A stretch of 64,000 nt of DNA, taken from the NCBI RefSeq assembly GCF_000143415.4, contig NW_003314446.1, positions 1 through 64,000 of the forward strand, given 5' to 3'. The DNA is from Selaginella moellendorffii (lineage: Eukaryota; Plantae; Lycopodiophyta). Shown here piece by piece: positions 23,581 through 37,676 of the stretch; the stretch's first letter is position 1; the number at the start of each line of letters is the position of its first letter. Made by a program: the position numbers and the translations under genes. The notes beneath the pieces were generated by a model. That model did no database searches, was not told the DNA's origin, and saw nothing but the letters and a program-made list of their open reading frames with translations.

Positions 23581-26500
23581 CCGGTCTCGGTCCCGGTCTC
23601 GGTCTCGACTTCGGACTCCATCTCGGACTCCATCTCGGACTCCATCTCGGGTCCATCTCGGGTCCATCTCGGACTCCATCTTGGACTCCATCTCGGGTCC
23701 ATCTCGGACTCCATCTCGGACTCCATTTCGGGTCCATCTCGGACTCCATCTCGGACTCCATTTCGGGTCCATCTCGGGTCCACCTCGGACTCCATCTCGG
23801 ACTCCATCTCGGACTCTATCTCGGGTCCATCTCGGACTCCACTTCGGACTCCAACTCGGGTCCATCTCGGGTCCACCTCGGACTCCACTTCGGACTCCAA
23901 CTCGGGTCCATCTCAGACTCCACTTCGGACTCCAACTCGGGTCCATCTCGGACTCCACTTCGGACTCCAACTCGAGTCCATCTCGGACACTCCCACGTGT
24001 CATGTGTTGGTCCTTTTGGGTCCCTTTTGGGAGCCTCGCCTTTTGCTCGCTTCGTGCTCGTTCCTCGAGCACTTCGTTGGGAGTTCCACTCCCGCTCTTG
24101 ACTTTTCAAGTTGGAGCTTTTGGTCCAAATGTGTTACGCTCGTTTGGCTCTCGCTTCGGCCATTACCATGTGGCGCCCTTCTAGCTCCACTTTGGGGCCT
24201 AGGGATTTTGTGTCTCACAACTCCACCACCCATAGACGAAGTTCGATGTCCTCATCGAACGGTAAACCATTTTGTAAAGTAACACTCGCGTGTGTTACCA
24301 TTTCCATCCTTGGCACCTAGCCAATATTTGTCAATGGTTTGACATTGAAGGCTCACCATGCCTTCTCCATATTCGTCAATGGTTTGACATTGAAGGCTCA
24401 CCATGCCTTTTGCATATGCCTCCATGGTTTGACACCAAAGGCTCACCATGCCTTGCCTATCTTCTAAGGAGGGTAGTCTCTCCAACTTAGAGACTGATTG
24501 GACCACATGTAGTGGTTCTCTCCTTTTATTGGTTTAGTCCTCGCTAAACCTCTTAGAGACCCTTCTCTAAGTCAATCCCACTACTCCTTCTCGAGTAGTC
24601 TCAATTTCCATCGATATAACCTTTGCACTTTGGAACTTTGAATTTTGACTTCTTGGAGTCAATTTCCTAGGTGTCTCCGACACCTTGCCTTGCACCTTTT
24701 TGTGCAACTCCACTTCCCATCCTAGGAAGTTCTCTACTCAAGGGCACCATCATCCTCTCTTCTATTTTGTGCCAAAGTTCCAGTTATCATACTTTGTGCT
24801 AGGGCTGTTCATGGCCCTATCATTTGGCTACCTTACCGCTCCCTCCCTTGGAGCTTCCACTTTTGCCAAATCGGAGCATTTCGGAATCCCTCCTTGGAAA
24901 CACACTTCCTTTCCCGCAACTTGTTAGCATCCAACACATTAGTGTTCCTCGCCTAACTTTGTCACTTGGATTCCTTCCAAGGGATTCCACGGCCCTATCT
25001 TGGCCACTCATCTTTTGCTCCTATCCATTGATTGTTGCACCAAGCAACATCGAATCTCTACCTCCCTCCTTGAGGTATTGTTTCGGTTCCATAGCAAAGA
25101 CTCTTCTTTGCCAAGTCCGGAGGATGTTCACCCCTAGTACGTCTCTTTAGCATCTTTTGCTATGGGCTCTATCCACGGCCCAACTTCGTGACCCTCCCAT
25201 GGGTCTTTTATAGAGACTACTTTCCTCGGACTCACTATGCCATCGCACGGACATAGTTTATTTCCCTTAGGTGCTCTTCCCACTTGGTCATCACGACCAA
25301 GCCACACCACCTTAAACAGTTCAATTTCAACATTTTGAACCAGGAACTTCATTCCTTAGCCAACCAAGGACCTTGTCCTTATCTGGCCATAAGATCACCT
25401 AGTGATCTCACCTTGGCACCTTAACAGAGTTGCCAAGAGGTACTTGGTCTTCTAGACCTCCAAGTTGTTGACTATAACCCCGGGGGCATCCCCCACACTT
25501 GGCGGTGCACCCAAGCCAGCCCTTACGGCAAAGGGTTCATAGCAACTGAGATTAGGTGTCCCCATCTCACTCACCACGACCTTGGTGCCACTTGCACCAA
25601 AGCGTTCAAGTTAGATATGCCGAGCTTTCACTCTAAGCAATCTAACCGTGCATCACGACTCCGAGGCATCCCTCGCTTGGCGGTGTGCCCAAACCAGTCT
25701 CCCCACTGAGAGTCCATGACCACCGAAATATGAGTGTCCTCATATTCCAAACCATCACCACGCCCTAGTGATTTGGGACTCGAACCCAAGCACTAGAGGG
25801 TCGGGACTCGAACCCAACCTCCGTATATGCATCTACGGACGGCATCACACAAGATGCCTGGCGTGACTCCCCACGCCGGTGCACCAACTTATTTTTAAAG
25901 CGCGCTACAGATCACAGCTTAGGAACCTAGTTCCTCCACACTGCCAAGTCCTCTCACTTGACATGTCTGTGATCATGCATGGACTCCTCCATGCTCGGCC
26001 CCATGGCCCACCCTTTTTGAAGTTATCACCTTCAACTAGGGTATTTGTTCCCCTGACGTGCCAATCTCGCTTGGCAAGTTCTCCGACCACTGTAACATGG
26101 TTCCTGCATAAGCATGAAAGTCCTTGACCATCGACTTTCGTTCAAAGCCCTCTCTTTGAACACTCGGGAACTACTTCCCTAACCTTGATAGCCTTGCCTC
26201 ATGGCAAGCTTCAAGACCACGCTTCTGCTGCGCCACTCTGATTTCGCGCGTTCCATGAACCATTTACACTTGGCCTTTCTAGGTACTAAGCTACCTAGAA
26301 TCGTCTTTGGGAACCTTGAAGGAACTCTGTCCCTCAGCTTGCTAAGGCCTCCCTTTTGCAAGCCTTCCAAATGCCACATAGTCTAACATGGACAATTCCA
26401 TAACTTAGACTCTCCATGGCATCACGGTTGCTAGCGGCAACACCCTCGAGCCCCCACTTGATTCCCCACTCCCAGCTGGCATAACCAACCTTGGTTATGC

Positions 26501-29469
26501 CCTTCGATTTCTATGGTTCAGTTCCATCCCAATACTACTTGCCTTTGGCTTCACAGCTTTCCTTCGGTCATTCTCCTCCAGATCAGGAGGATAGCTTTGC
26601 ACTTTCTATCATGCCTTAGCAAGTATTCTTAGGGATGAACCTACCCAATAGCCCGGGGAGTGGTTCCTCAATCCGGGTATGCTCACCTTATAATCCCACA
26701 CACTGGGATTACATTGTTGCTTATGGGCCTTTACATGCCCATCACTAGCCTTGCCAAAATTCCATTTTTGGCTTTGTCCAACTCGGGTAGACAGTCCTCT
26801 CCTGTCTCCGCAACCTTGGACATTTGGATAGCACCTTCTATCCATCATTCGCTAGGGACTTAGTCCCTTGGGCTTTATCCATTGCCCTCGCGACATCAAA
26901 CACCACCTTCTGGTGTTCTAGAGTGTTTAGGTGTCCCAATGATGGCTTTCTTGACAATGAGTATTTCCTTTTATGACATTGACTTACTATATCGCAACAT
27001 AAGCAACTTATCCCCCGCAAGGGTATATCCAACCTCCCTATGCTAGAAGTCTTGGGTAGCTACCTTCTACCAGTTTAACCAGTTATTTTGCACCTCTTGC
27101 TTAGTTGCTTCATAGTTGTCAAGTCCTACAACTCATTGCTTGGTGCTTTTACACCTCCATCATTATCTGGGTCACCGCACTCCAACTGCATGCTCTGCAA
27201 CTTAGGCTATGCCATTCCCATTTCCATTGGGATTCTTTTGGCAAGGGGTTCTCATGAACCCACCAACATAGCCTCAAGGTATCACACCTTGGCATATTTG
27301 GTGTCTCCACACCATCGGCTCCACGAGCCTACCTCTATGACACTTCTTCTTTGTGTCTAAGTCTTTGCCAAGACCAATGCCACTCTTTCTCATGCCAACC
27401 ATCCGTTAGCACTACACCATAGAGGTCACACACAACTTTGTGTCAAAGTTGTTTTCTTTTTGGGAACACCTTTCCCACGACTTTAGCATGGCACATTTTG
27501 CCATCGATGAGATACTCTCTGTTCTCATCCTTGGATCCTATGATCCCCCCCCCATCCTTTGTGGGGTACAATGCACCTCAGTCCAAATGCTTCCATCAGT
27601 CCTTTTAGGACCATCCCTTGACTCTACTTGAGTCGTCTAGCAGTTTTGGACTTGGTTAATCCACAGACCCGTAAGGTCCTACTTGTGAGGCACTAGCTCA
27701 CTGGAATACACTTCTTGCATTCCTGTCCTACTCAAAAGGACTATTTTCACAAGTGTTACTCCGACACTTGATTTTGTTCTCTGGGGGCAACCTTTGCCCC
27801 TTAGGACTACTTGTCCATGTGATGAGAATACCAACTCATCCACTTAATACACCCCTAACTCTTTGGGTTGTTCCAGCATTTATTAGAGGTAGCCCCGGCT
27901 ACCATTTCGAGGACTCGTATCCTCATCCATACTTGACCTCTCACGGTCATCCATTCCGGTCTCATCTTCATGAGCACCATCCTCAACCATGTGAGGATAA
28001 ACTTGTGACTCCTTTATTGTTTTTGGAGTCTCTATCTTCCCCGTGATCCCAACTATAGTTGTTTACCCCAACTACATTAGCCCGTTTGCTGAGTCAAACG
28101 CTCATCTGGATCACCTCCTCAACTCAATGAGGAAAACCTTGCACTGTTCCCAAGATCCCAAAGTCGTTCCATTATTGGCCCCTTTTCTATCCACCACCTT
28201 GTCTACAAGTTCACACATGAACTGTAATGGAGAGCTATGTCTTCCCGACCTGCTACTCCTCAAGGATAGGCCCACTTCTCGGACCTTCCGTTGCCAACAC
28301 CAGTGGTGATATACTTGAGCACCAATAAAAGTCGGACTAAGGAACAGCTCCGATACCAAATTGTAAGCAACTAAATTTTCCATTCTACTTTAGTCACTTA
28401 ACCACACCTTTGACCACTTGGAAGAGTCTCATTCACAACCTCCATAAGTCCAATCCAGGACTTGGGACTTGCTAGCCCCGAGAATGGCATCCATGCCACT
28501 CAACATTTGCACTTGGTCCAAGTGCTCCACGTGTCCGATCCCATGACCGACACTCAAAGGTACCACCGACATAGCAGCCCGTTACGCTAAGGCCATGCCC
28601 AATCACCTTTGCCACACTGGTAGTCCAATACCACTTGCATCACCGTCTTGGCTCTCCAAGACTAGGCAAACCATCCGTGAGTGGTCATCTCAGATCCACT
28701 CCTTAGCATCCTTAGGATGCCCACCGACAAGGGGAATAGCCTTCCCCAATATCCCTCTGTCAGTCCCCACTAAGTCCCTTTCTGCCCCTGGCCGTGTTTG
28801 CCAACACTGCCACTGGATCGAGACCCACAGGCCCGACCACTAAGTCCCACGGTCCTCTGGGACTTCCTCACCACACGACTGTGTCCTTGGTCACTACCCC
28901 AGAGGACTGCTCCTCTTCCTTTCCACAGTCTGGGCCTTTGGGACAACATTTCGGAACACCGTGGCCTTACGCGAGCCACCTAGGTACTCTCCTCGCCTTC
29001 TGTCCTTGGGTGCTCTAGCCATGGGCTTAGAGCGGGTTCCGTTGAGCCACACCAGGTATCCAAGTAGGTAGTGCCACCCACACTTGGACTGGGAGCATCG
29101 GCCAGTCGATCTCCCTGGGGAACTAGAGCCGGCTCTTGAACACTTCACCAAGCTACCCCGCTTGTCGGTCTGTGTTCACTCTAGTCTTGGACTTCCCAGT
29201 GGGCAGCTCATCACCCAACACTGGGTCCGGCCTTCCTGGGCCAAACTGGCCTTTCCTGGCCAAACTGGCTCCACTGCAGTCCTCCCCCTACTATACTTTT
29301 GGAGCTCACCAAACCCCCCAGGGTCTGGGAGACGAACGCTTTGGGCTTTCACCCTCTCAGGCTCCGGACTCGGACTCGGACTCGGACTCGGACTCGGACT
29401 CGGATTCGGACTCGGACTCGGGCTCGGGCTCGGTCTCGGGCTCGGCCTCGGTCTCGGTCTCGGTCCCGA

Positions 29470-29519
<50 letters not shown>

Positions 29520-30181
29520 CCGGTCTCGGTCCCGGTCTCGGTCTCGACTTCGGACTCCATCTCGGACTCCATCTCGGACTCCATCTCGGGTCCATCTCGG
29601 GTCCATCTCGGACTCCATCTTGGACTCCATCTCGGGTCCATCTCGGACTCCATCTTGGACTCCATCTCGGGTCCATCTCGGACTCCATTTCGGGTCCATC
29701 TCGGACTCCATCTCGGACTCCATTTCGGGTCCATCTCGGGTCCACCTCGGACTCCATCTCGGACTCCATCTCGGACTCTATCTCGGGTCCATCTCGGACT
29801 CCACTTCGGACTCCAACTCGGGTCCATCTCGGGTCCACCTCGGACTCCACTTCGGACTCCAACTCGGGTCCATCTCAGACTCCACTTCGGACTCCAACTC
29901 GGGTCCATCTCGGACTCCACTTCGGACTCCAACTCGAGTCCATCTCGGACACTCCCACGTGTCATGTGTTGGTCCTTTTGGGTCCCTTTTGGGAGCCTCG
30001 CCTTTTGCTCGCTTCGTGCTCGTTCCTCGAGCACTTCGTTGGGAGTTCCACTCCCGCTCTTGACTTTTCAAGTTGGAGCTTTTGGTCCAAACGTGTTACG
30101 CTCGTTTGGCTCTCGCTTCGGCCATTACCATGTGGCGCCCTTCTAGCTCCACTTTGGGGCCTAGGGATTTTGTGTCTCACA
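22441..30181 (-). mobile_element. Young full-length non-autonomous LTR element (LARD-like Gypsy derivative)
   Basis: LTRs 22441-24219 and 28362-30181 are near-identical apart from repeat-copy number; TSD ATGAC on both sides; PBS TGGTATCGGAGC ending at 28358; PPT GGGTGGTGGAGT next to 24219; the 4.1-kb interior has no long ORF, only eroded gag/pol-like traces. Confidence 0.93.
23443..23990. repeat. GC-rich 6/12-bp tandem array (CTCGGA, CTCGGT, CTCGGACTCCAT, CTCGGGTCCAT) inside the LTR
   Basis: Directly visible; equivalents at ~29363-29950, ~15910-16150, ~16248-16400, ~47130-47300 and ~56850-57165. Confidence 0.95.
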
Positions 30182-32845
30182 ATGACTAAGAGGGTAGTTT
30201 TGCACTTTTTACCATGCTTTAGTAAATATTCTTAGGGATGAACCTACTCAATGACTTAGGGAGTGGTTCTTTAATATAGATATGCTCACCATGTAATCCC
30301 ACACACCGGGATTAATATTGCTATTTTAATACCCATTACTAACCATGTTTTGGCTTTATTCAATTCGGATAGATAAACTTTTCTCATTTTTACAACTTTA
30401 GACATTGAATACCACTTTTTATCCATTATTTGCTAGGGATTTAGTCCCTTGGGCTTTATCTAATGCCCTCATGATACCAAACACCACTTCCTAGTGTTTT
30501 AGAGTGTTTAGATGTCTCAATGATGGCCTTCTTTGATAATGAACATTTCCTTTTAATAAAAAGTTTTGGGAAGTTAACTTCTACCAATCTAATTAATTAT
30601 ATTGCACCTTTTGCTTAGTTTCTTTATAGTTGTCAAGTTCTACAACTCAATACTAGTGTTTCCACACCTCCATCATTATTCAGGTCCACACATTCAAATT
30701 GTATGCCTTCCAACTTAGGCTATGTTAATCTCATTTCTATTAAGATTCCTTTGGTAAAGGGTTCTCATAAACCAACCAACTTAACTTCAAGGCCTCATCC
30801 CTTAAGACATTTGGGATTTCCACTCTATTAACTCTACGAGTCTATTTTCACAACACTTTCCACTTGTGTTTAGGTCTTTGCTAAGACCAAAACAGTCGTT
30901 TCTTATGCCAACTATCAGTTAGTACTACACTATAGTGTTCACATACAACTCTGTGCCAAAGTTGCTTTCTTTTGGGAACACTTTTCCCACGGCTTTAATA
31001 TGGCATATTTTGCCATCAATGAGATACCTACAGTTCTTATACTTGGATCTTATGATTCTCTCCATCCTTTGTAAAGTATAACACATTTCTATCCAAATGT
31101 TTTCACTAATCTTTTAAGACTATTCTTTGACCTTACTTGAGTCATCCAACTTTTTAGACTTCGCTAATCTGATGACCTGTAAGGTCCTAGACTCCTAGCT
31201 ACTTTTGAGGTGCTTGCTCATTGGAATATTACTTCTTGCATTCATGTTTTACTCACAAGGACCATTTTAGCAAGTGTTACTTTGATAATTGATTATTCTT
31301 TGTTCCAAATGAGCTACCTTTGCCCCTTAAGATTATCTGTCTATATAATGAGAATACTGACTCATCCTCTAAGTACACCCCTTGGGTTATTCTAACATTT
31401 ATTAAAGGTAGCCTCAGCTAACATTCCAAGGACTTATGTTCTCATTTGTATTTAACCTCCTACGGTCACTAACTCTAGTCTTAAATTCTTGAGCACTATC
31501 CTCAATTATATGAGGATAATCTTATAACTCCTTTATCGTCTAGAAATTTCCATCATTCTTGTGATCCCAACCGTAGTTGTTTACCACACCACATTATCTA
31601 GTTTGCTAAGTCAAATGCTTTTATAAATCACATCCTCAATTCTATGAGGAAAACTTTATATTGTTCCCAAGATCCCAAAATCGTTCCTTTATTAGCCCCT
31701 TTTTATCCACCACATTAGTAACATGTTCACGTATAAACTAAAGTGGAGAGTCATGCCCTCTCGATATGCTACTTTTTGAGGATAGGCCCACTCTTGGGAC
31801 TTTTTAATAACAATACAAGTGGTGATATACTTGATTACTAATAAATGTCAAACTAAGGAATAACTTTGATACCAAATTGTAAGTGACTAATTTTTCCATT
31901 CTACTTTAGTCACTTAACTACATCTTTGACCACTTTAAGGAGTCTCACTCACAACCTCCATAAGTCATATTTCAGACTTAGGGACATGCTAACCCCGTGA
32001 ATGGCATCTATGCCACCTAGCCTTTGCACTTGATCCAAGTGTTCCACATGTCCAATCTCATTACCAACACTTAAAAGTACCACTAACATATCAGCCCATT
32101 ATAATAAGGCTATGCCCATTCACCTTTGTCACACTAGTGGTTCAACACCACCTACATCACAATCCCATCTCTCAAAGATTGGGCCATTTATCCATGAGTG
32201 ATCATCCCCGATCCACTCTTTAGCATCCTTAGGATACCTACAGTTATGGGGAATAACCTTCCCCAATGTTCCTTTTTCAGTCCCCACCAAATCCCTTTTC
32301 ATCCACTGCCGTGTTCACTAACACTACCATTGAGTTAGGGCTTGAAAGCTCAACCACTACATTTTATTGACCTTTGGGACTTCCTTGCCACATGACTGCA
32401 TCCTTGGTCACTTTGCTCTTCTTCCTTTCCACAATCTAGGACTCTAGGATGACATTTCAAAACATTACGGACCTATGTGAGCCTCATGAGTACTCTCCTC
32501 CCCTTCTGCCTTTGGGTGCCCTAGCTATGTGGCTAAAGTGAGGTTTCGATAGTGTCGCACATGTGACTTCGGGTATCGAAAGTTACCTGTCGACCAGTCC
32601 TTACGGACACTCTTACCTTACTGCCACGATAATATATCGCTAATTATGGAAAGTGTCCAGATTTGCTCATTTGGCATATCTACGGAATGTAGAGATTGTC
32701 CTGAACACAATGGTGTTCGTCCCATGTCCAAATTCGCAATCTAGCACCATTCCATATTTAGTAAGTTTCGAACTTGACCCAGAGACTAACTCCTGATACT
32801 AAGGGAGGCTTGGGGTGAAAGCCCAAAGTGTGTGTTCCTCAAGGG

Positions 32846-33226
32846 CCGTGTTCACCGTGTTTCACGAACACAGCCATGGGTTGTGTTCCCACGGCCGTGT
32901 TCGTGAACAGTGGTCCGTGTTACTAACACGGACCGTGATCCCGGGGACCACGTCCGGGATCACGGTCCGTGTCAGTAACACGGACCACTGTTCAGAATAT
33001 TCTTGCGCGGAATATTCTGGTTTTAGGGCGCACGGGATAATATAATAAAATATAGCATATTCCTATAATAATATAATAAGAAATAGAATATAATTTTTAA
33101 ATAACATATTCTTAGAATATTCAGTAGAATATTCGTGAGCCATCGTGGGCCGTGATCGTGTTCCGTGTTTGGGTTCCTGAAATCTGAGGCTCGTGTTCGT
33201 GTTCCGTGTTCGTGTTCGTAACTATG
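32846..33226. mobile_element. hAT-like MITE (381 bp) with 8-bp TSD
   Basis: CTCAAGGG duplicated at 32838-32845 and 33227-33234; insert absent from sister LTRs at ~38555 and ~46220; many subterminal CCGTGTT/AACACGG motifs; TIRs only loosely matched. Confidence 0.75.
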
Positions 33227-36200
33227 CTCAAGGGGGGGGGGCTATGGGGGGTTCCAAATGTATAGTATGATGATGATAGCGAGGGTGTTTGGCAGACACG
33301 GTAAGCTATTATGTATATATAATATCATGTATATATAAGCGATATTGAGGGACTAATCTCAATACGCGAGGGAACTCAAGTTGCCTAAGCAAGTGTCAGC
33401 AACATCCTACTGATGTCTCAAACCCAAAAGACCAATCCAGAGCAAACCACAAAGAACATGTGGTATTGCTAAAAGCCAAAAGCCATCAAAAATAACAACT
33501 AACCATTATGAAAGAACATCAATCATCCCATCAATAAAGAGATGCTGAATCATCGTTGAAGAAAGAATCTACCATCCTGAAGAATAGCGAATCATTCTAT
33601 ATCAACAATAATCAAGCAACACCTTTGACAAGGATAATCAATATCCTAGATGACAGTCAATCATTACCAATGATTGCCAGATGCAAGAGCCAACTTCAAC
33701 ATCGAAGCTAACGAGCCAAAATACCTTCCCCAACAACTCCTAACAAATGGAACAATGAGCATAAAACTCAAAGAACCAAAAGCTCGAAGAAGCCTATAGC
33801 CAAGTCTTGCCTAACATGATCTCAAGTTTCGCATGAACTAACTTCAATGCTAAAGAAGAAATCATGGTGTAACCCACGATATCCGCTTCAACACATCCAT
33901 AAGTTAAACTTCATAATGCCAAAGCTAATAAAGAGCATGTCTGCATCAATCCAAAAGCTAAGCATAACGAAGCTATGCTCAACAAGTGATTACCAAACGA
34001 TCCTCCATGAATACATCTATAGCAAGACGTAACTCACTTCATAACAAGCACAAGAAGAATCATCAAGGATCAATATATCCCAACTCAAATCCAACAAGGA
34101 TTTGATCACCTCAATATTGATCACTAACTCTTCCACTTGTAGAGTTAGCATAGTTCACGACTGAATCACTTTTCAAGGAAAAGCCAAAGCTCAACCCCTA
34201 CTAAATAATCTCGTCTAGAACACAACTAACTCAAACTTGCCACTCAGTTCATTTGAACGTCAACATAGTTGCTAACTAGTAAATGCGCGAATGCTAATAA
34301 CACAAAGCTATAACCAAATCATCAACACTATCTCTATCAAGACTAATGAAACTCAATATCAATCAAGAGAGAGACATCTCATTTCACTTGAATCTCAACA
34401 TCAATAATATCAATGACAAGGCATCACTTCAATGCCATCAACACCATAACAAAGCTAGAAGAAAGCAAGAGTGAATCACCACTCAAAACTCTTTAGCAAC
34501 TAAGCTAACCAAAGTCAAAGATACTATACTTAGTATCCAAGATCAATCCTTCAACATTACTCAAGTATAGATAACACTTCCTCAAGGAGTGAATCACCAC
34601 ATCCAAGACTCAATGAAATCTAACACCATAGACTAAATGCAACCAAATGATATCAATAGAGGTAGAATCGACATGCCAACATGGAAAACCCATGTAAGTC
34701 GAACGACACGATCCTCCGCAACACCATCCGGTAAAGCAAGCCCATCACTGCTAATTCTTCATCGAGTGAAGCAAGTATCAACAGTCCTTGACAAAGTCTA
34801 CAAGCAATCACTAGTTTCAAAGCAACCAACAATCACTCTTTAACTTGCCTTCACAAGACCTAACACTAAACTCATGTCATCAAGTTATATACTCATCCAA
34901 CATAAACATAATACCTCAAGTATGAGATAAAGGTTTATGGACAAGCATAACAAAATGACCACTCGAATCCAACTCAACTGCGATAAACTCACCAATGCAT
35001 TTAGTCACTAGCTCTGAGCATGCCTTGAAGAGGCTAGCTATGCATGATCAACACTAAGCTGAAACTAAAGTGAAGACCATGAGATGAACTCATATCGGTA
35101 CACAACCTCCTCATAAACAAAGCTATAATATGGGTACCAACATCTCAACTTCAAACAACTAAGTTGGACATCACCATCCTCAGCCAAAGCGCAAGGCTAC
35201 CAAGACCAAGTCAAGATCAGTGAGAGCTCACTACTCTCATAGAGTCTAACAAAATGCAGGGTGCAACCTGCCACCAAGCATAACGCTACAAAAGAAAAGC
35301 ACAAGGGTCACCCTTCTTAGAAAAGTGCAACGGCCACTTTTCTACACCAACTCCAGACTCTATCCAACTCAATTGCTTTAGCTTCAAAAGTCAACATCCC
35401 TTTTAGGCCGCATCATACAAACTACTTACTAAGGTCTAAGCCAACCGAAGTTAACTCCAACCCCTTCATTAATTTGTATTGGCTTACGAAAATGGAATGG
35501 TTTTCGAGCAAAGTGATAACAGATCAACCATTGGAAAAGTCTAAGAAAATTTGTGGAAAATTTTCCATCCCAGAGAAAGAATGACTCTCAGTCTAGGAAT
35601 GCAAACTCTCAAAACTCAACCAACTTCTTCCTACCAACAACTTCACATAGGTTCACCTTGACACCAATTCTCATGACCCATAGTATGCTTAAGCCTCGAA
35701 CATCTTTTTGCCCATTCTTTCAACATCTAACACTGACATCCGTAAAATGCAAATGGAACATCCAAGGTTTGATCACGAAGACCATATCTTCAGATATCTA
35801 TATTGCACTAACACTCTTCTTCAATCATTCTCAAGATCTAATGTGAAGCTAAAACACTAATAAGAAAAATGACATAGAAAATCAAGCTCTAAGGAAAATC
35901 CTCATCACTTGAAATAACAATGCCACTTCCACTAACACAAGTGCTAACAATGTTAATGCCTCAACTACACATTGTCTCCATCCAACAATCTACTCCAAGT
36001 GTTAACGGATTAACTGATGAGTTATAGCAAATGAATGCTACAACCCTTTTCTAACACCTTATGAGCAAACCCTTCAAGAAACAAGGAACAAACTTAAGCT
36101 TAGCATAATGGACCACCATCGAGAATCCAGTCAAAGCTACTTCAATGTTACTACATGTAAGTAGACTAGCATCACCATCAACCACTTTGGGGTTGATCAT

Positions 36201-37576
36201 TGTTTAACCAAGCAACTTCGTAAACACATTGCTTATTATCACATGGATATGATATAAGTATCACAATGACTTGATCATCAATTGAGCAACACCATGAGCA
36301 ACACCCATGTCATTACTTCAAAGGTTTATGTGAGTATCAAGTGTCAACTCAATTCGACAAAATGCAACATAAATGCCACACTCCACCGATAAAGATTTAC
36401 AACACTCAACATCACTAACTCAACATCACTAAAATGGTTTAGCGCTTCACTGCTATCCATCCCACAACTCACTATTTGTAAGACCATCACTTCCAAATGC
36501 ATCAAGGTAGGGATTCTTGATTGCATAATGTGAACATGAGCAATGAGTCACACCTCGTTGCAAATCATCTTTCTGAGAAGAGAAAATGATTTACGTATTT
36601 GATCCTCCGTCCTCGATGACTCTCTTTTCGGTCTCATCTTTGACCAAACCTCAAGCTTGCATTTGCACTACCTTCAGTTCAATCCAAGAAAAGTTTATGA
36701 GAGAGCATGGCAATGATTACTTGAACCAATAGACTTATCCCTACAGTCTTAATTGATCCACTTGTAATCATGCCTAGGAAGGATCCACTAGTGCCGTGCT
36801 AAACAACTACGGACCAGCCTATTTGCCACTCATAGCAAACCCAGGGAAAGTTTACTTTTACCCACGGTACAAGGAACAACTCATGGAACCACCGATAGGC
36901 TAACATTAATCCCGCCAACTCAAAGTGTAACCTCGAGTTGCTAATGTGCCTCACACACGAGCCCAAGCGTAAACTTGTGCTAACGGAGCATCTCAAATCC
37001 ATCCCAAGGAACGATTGCAAAGCCTTTGCACCCAAACGTGTACCCACTCGGATCATCGTTTTCATCTCTGCGTATGCAACAAGACTAGTTGCCCAATCTC
37101 ATTGTATAGTACTCGTTGAGACTCATCCTCTGATACCAAATGTAGCGCACGTGGTTTTTACCCTTTATCCTATGGTGATTTACCATAGGATAACACCAGG
37201 AAGCGGAACCTAAACCCTCTTTGTGCCACGTGACAGATGCCACGTGTCACATGCCACGTGTCCACATGCCATGTGTCCATGCCACGTGTCCATAGGAACC
37301 CGAGGTTCAGGGCCTTGGGCCACTGAACGAAGGAAAGGTGCCAAACTCCCAAGCATAGAGCCAAGGAGTGAACCACGGAGCAACTCCCGAGCATAAAGCC
37401 CAAGGAGCGAAGGGACAGGGGCCCGGAGCGACTTGGAACAGTCCTAGAGTAACCAGCATCCCAATGCTAGGACTAGCACGCAAAACGGAGCCAAACGAAG
37501 TCTGGCGCTATTTCGGCATACCGGTGGCCTAACGCGAGGACGTGGGACTCCACCAGCTAGCATGGTGTGGAGCTGG

Positions 37577-37676
37577 NNNNNNNNNNNNNNNNNNNNNNNN
37601 NNNNNNNNNNNNNNNNNNNNNNNNNNNNNNNNNNNNNNNNNNNNNNNNNNNNNNNNNNNNNNNNNNNNNNNNNNNN
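37577..37676. other. Assembly gap (100 N)
   Basis: Run of N. Confidence 1.

Noticed and set aside
23163-24282. Long ORFs resembling SR-rich or SD-repeat proteins (also 29084-30235, 56598-57170)
   Set aside because: By-products of stop-free hexamer repeats inside LTRs; no domain content.
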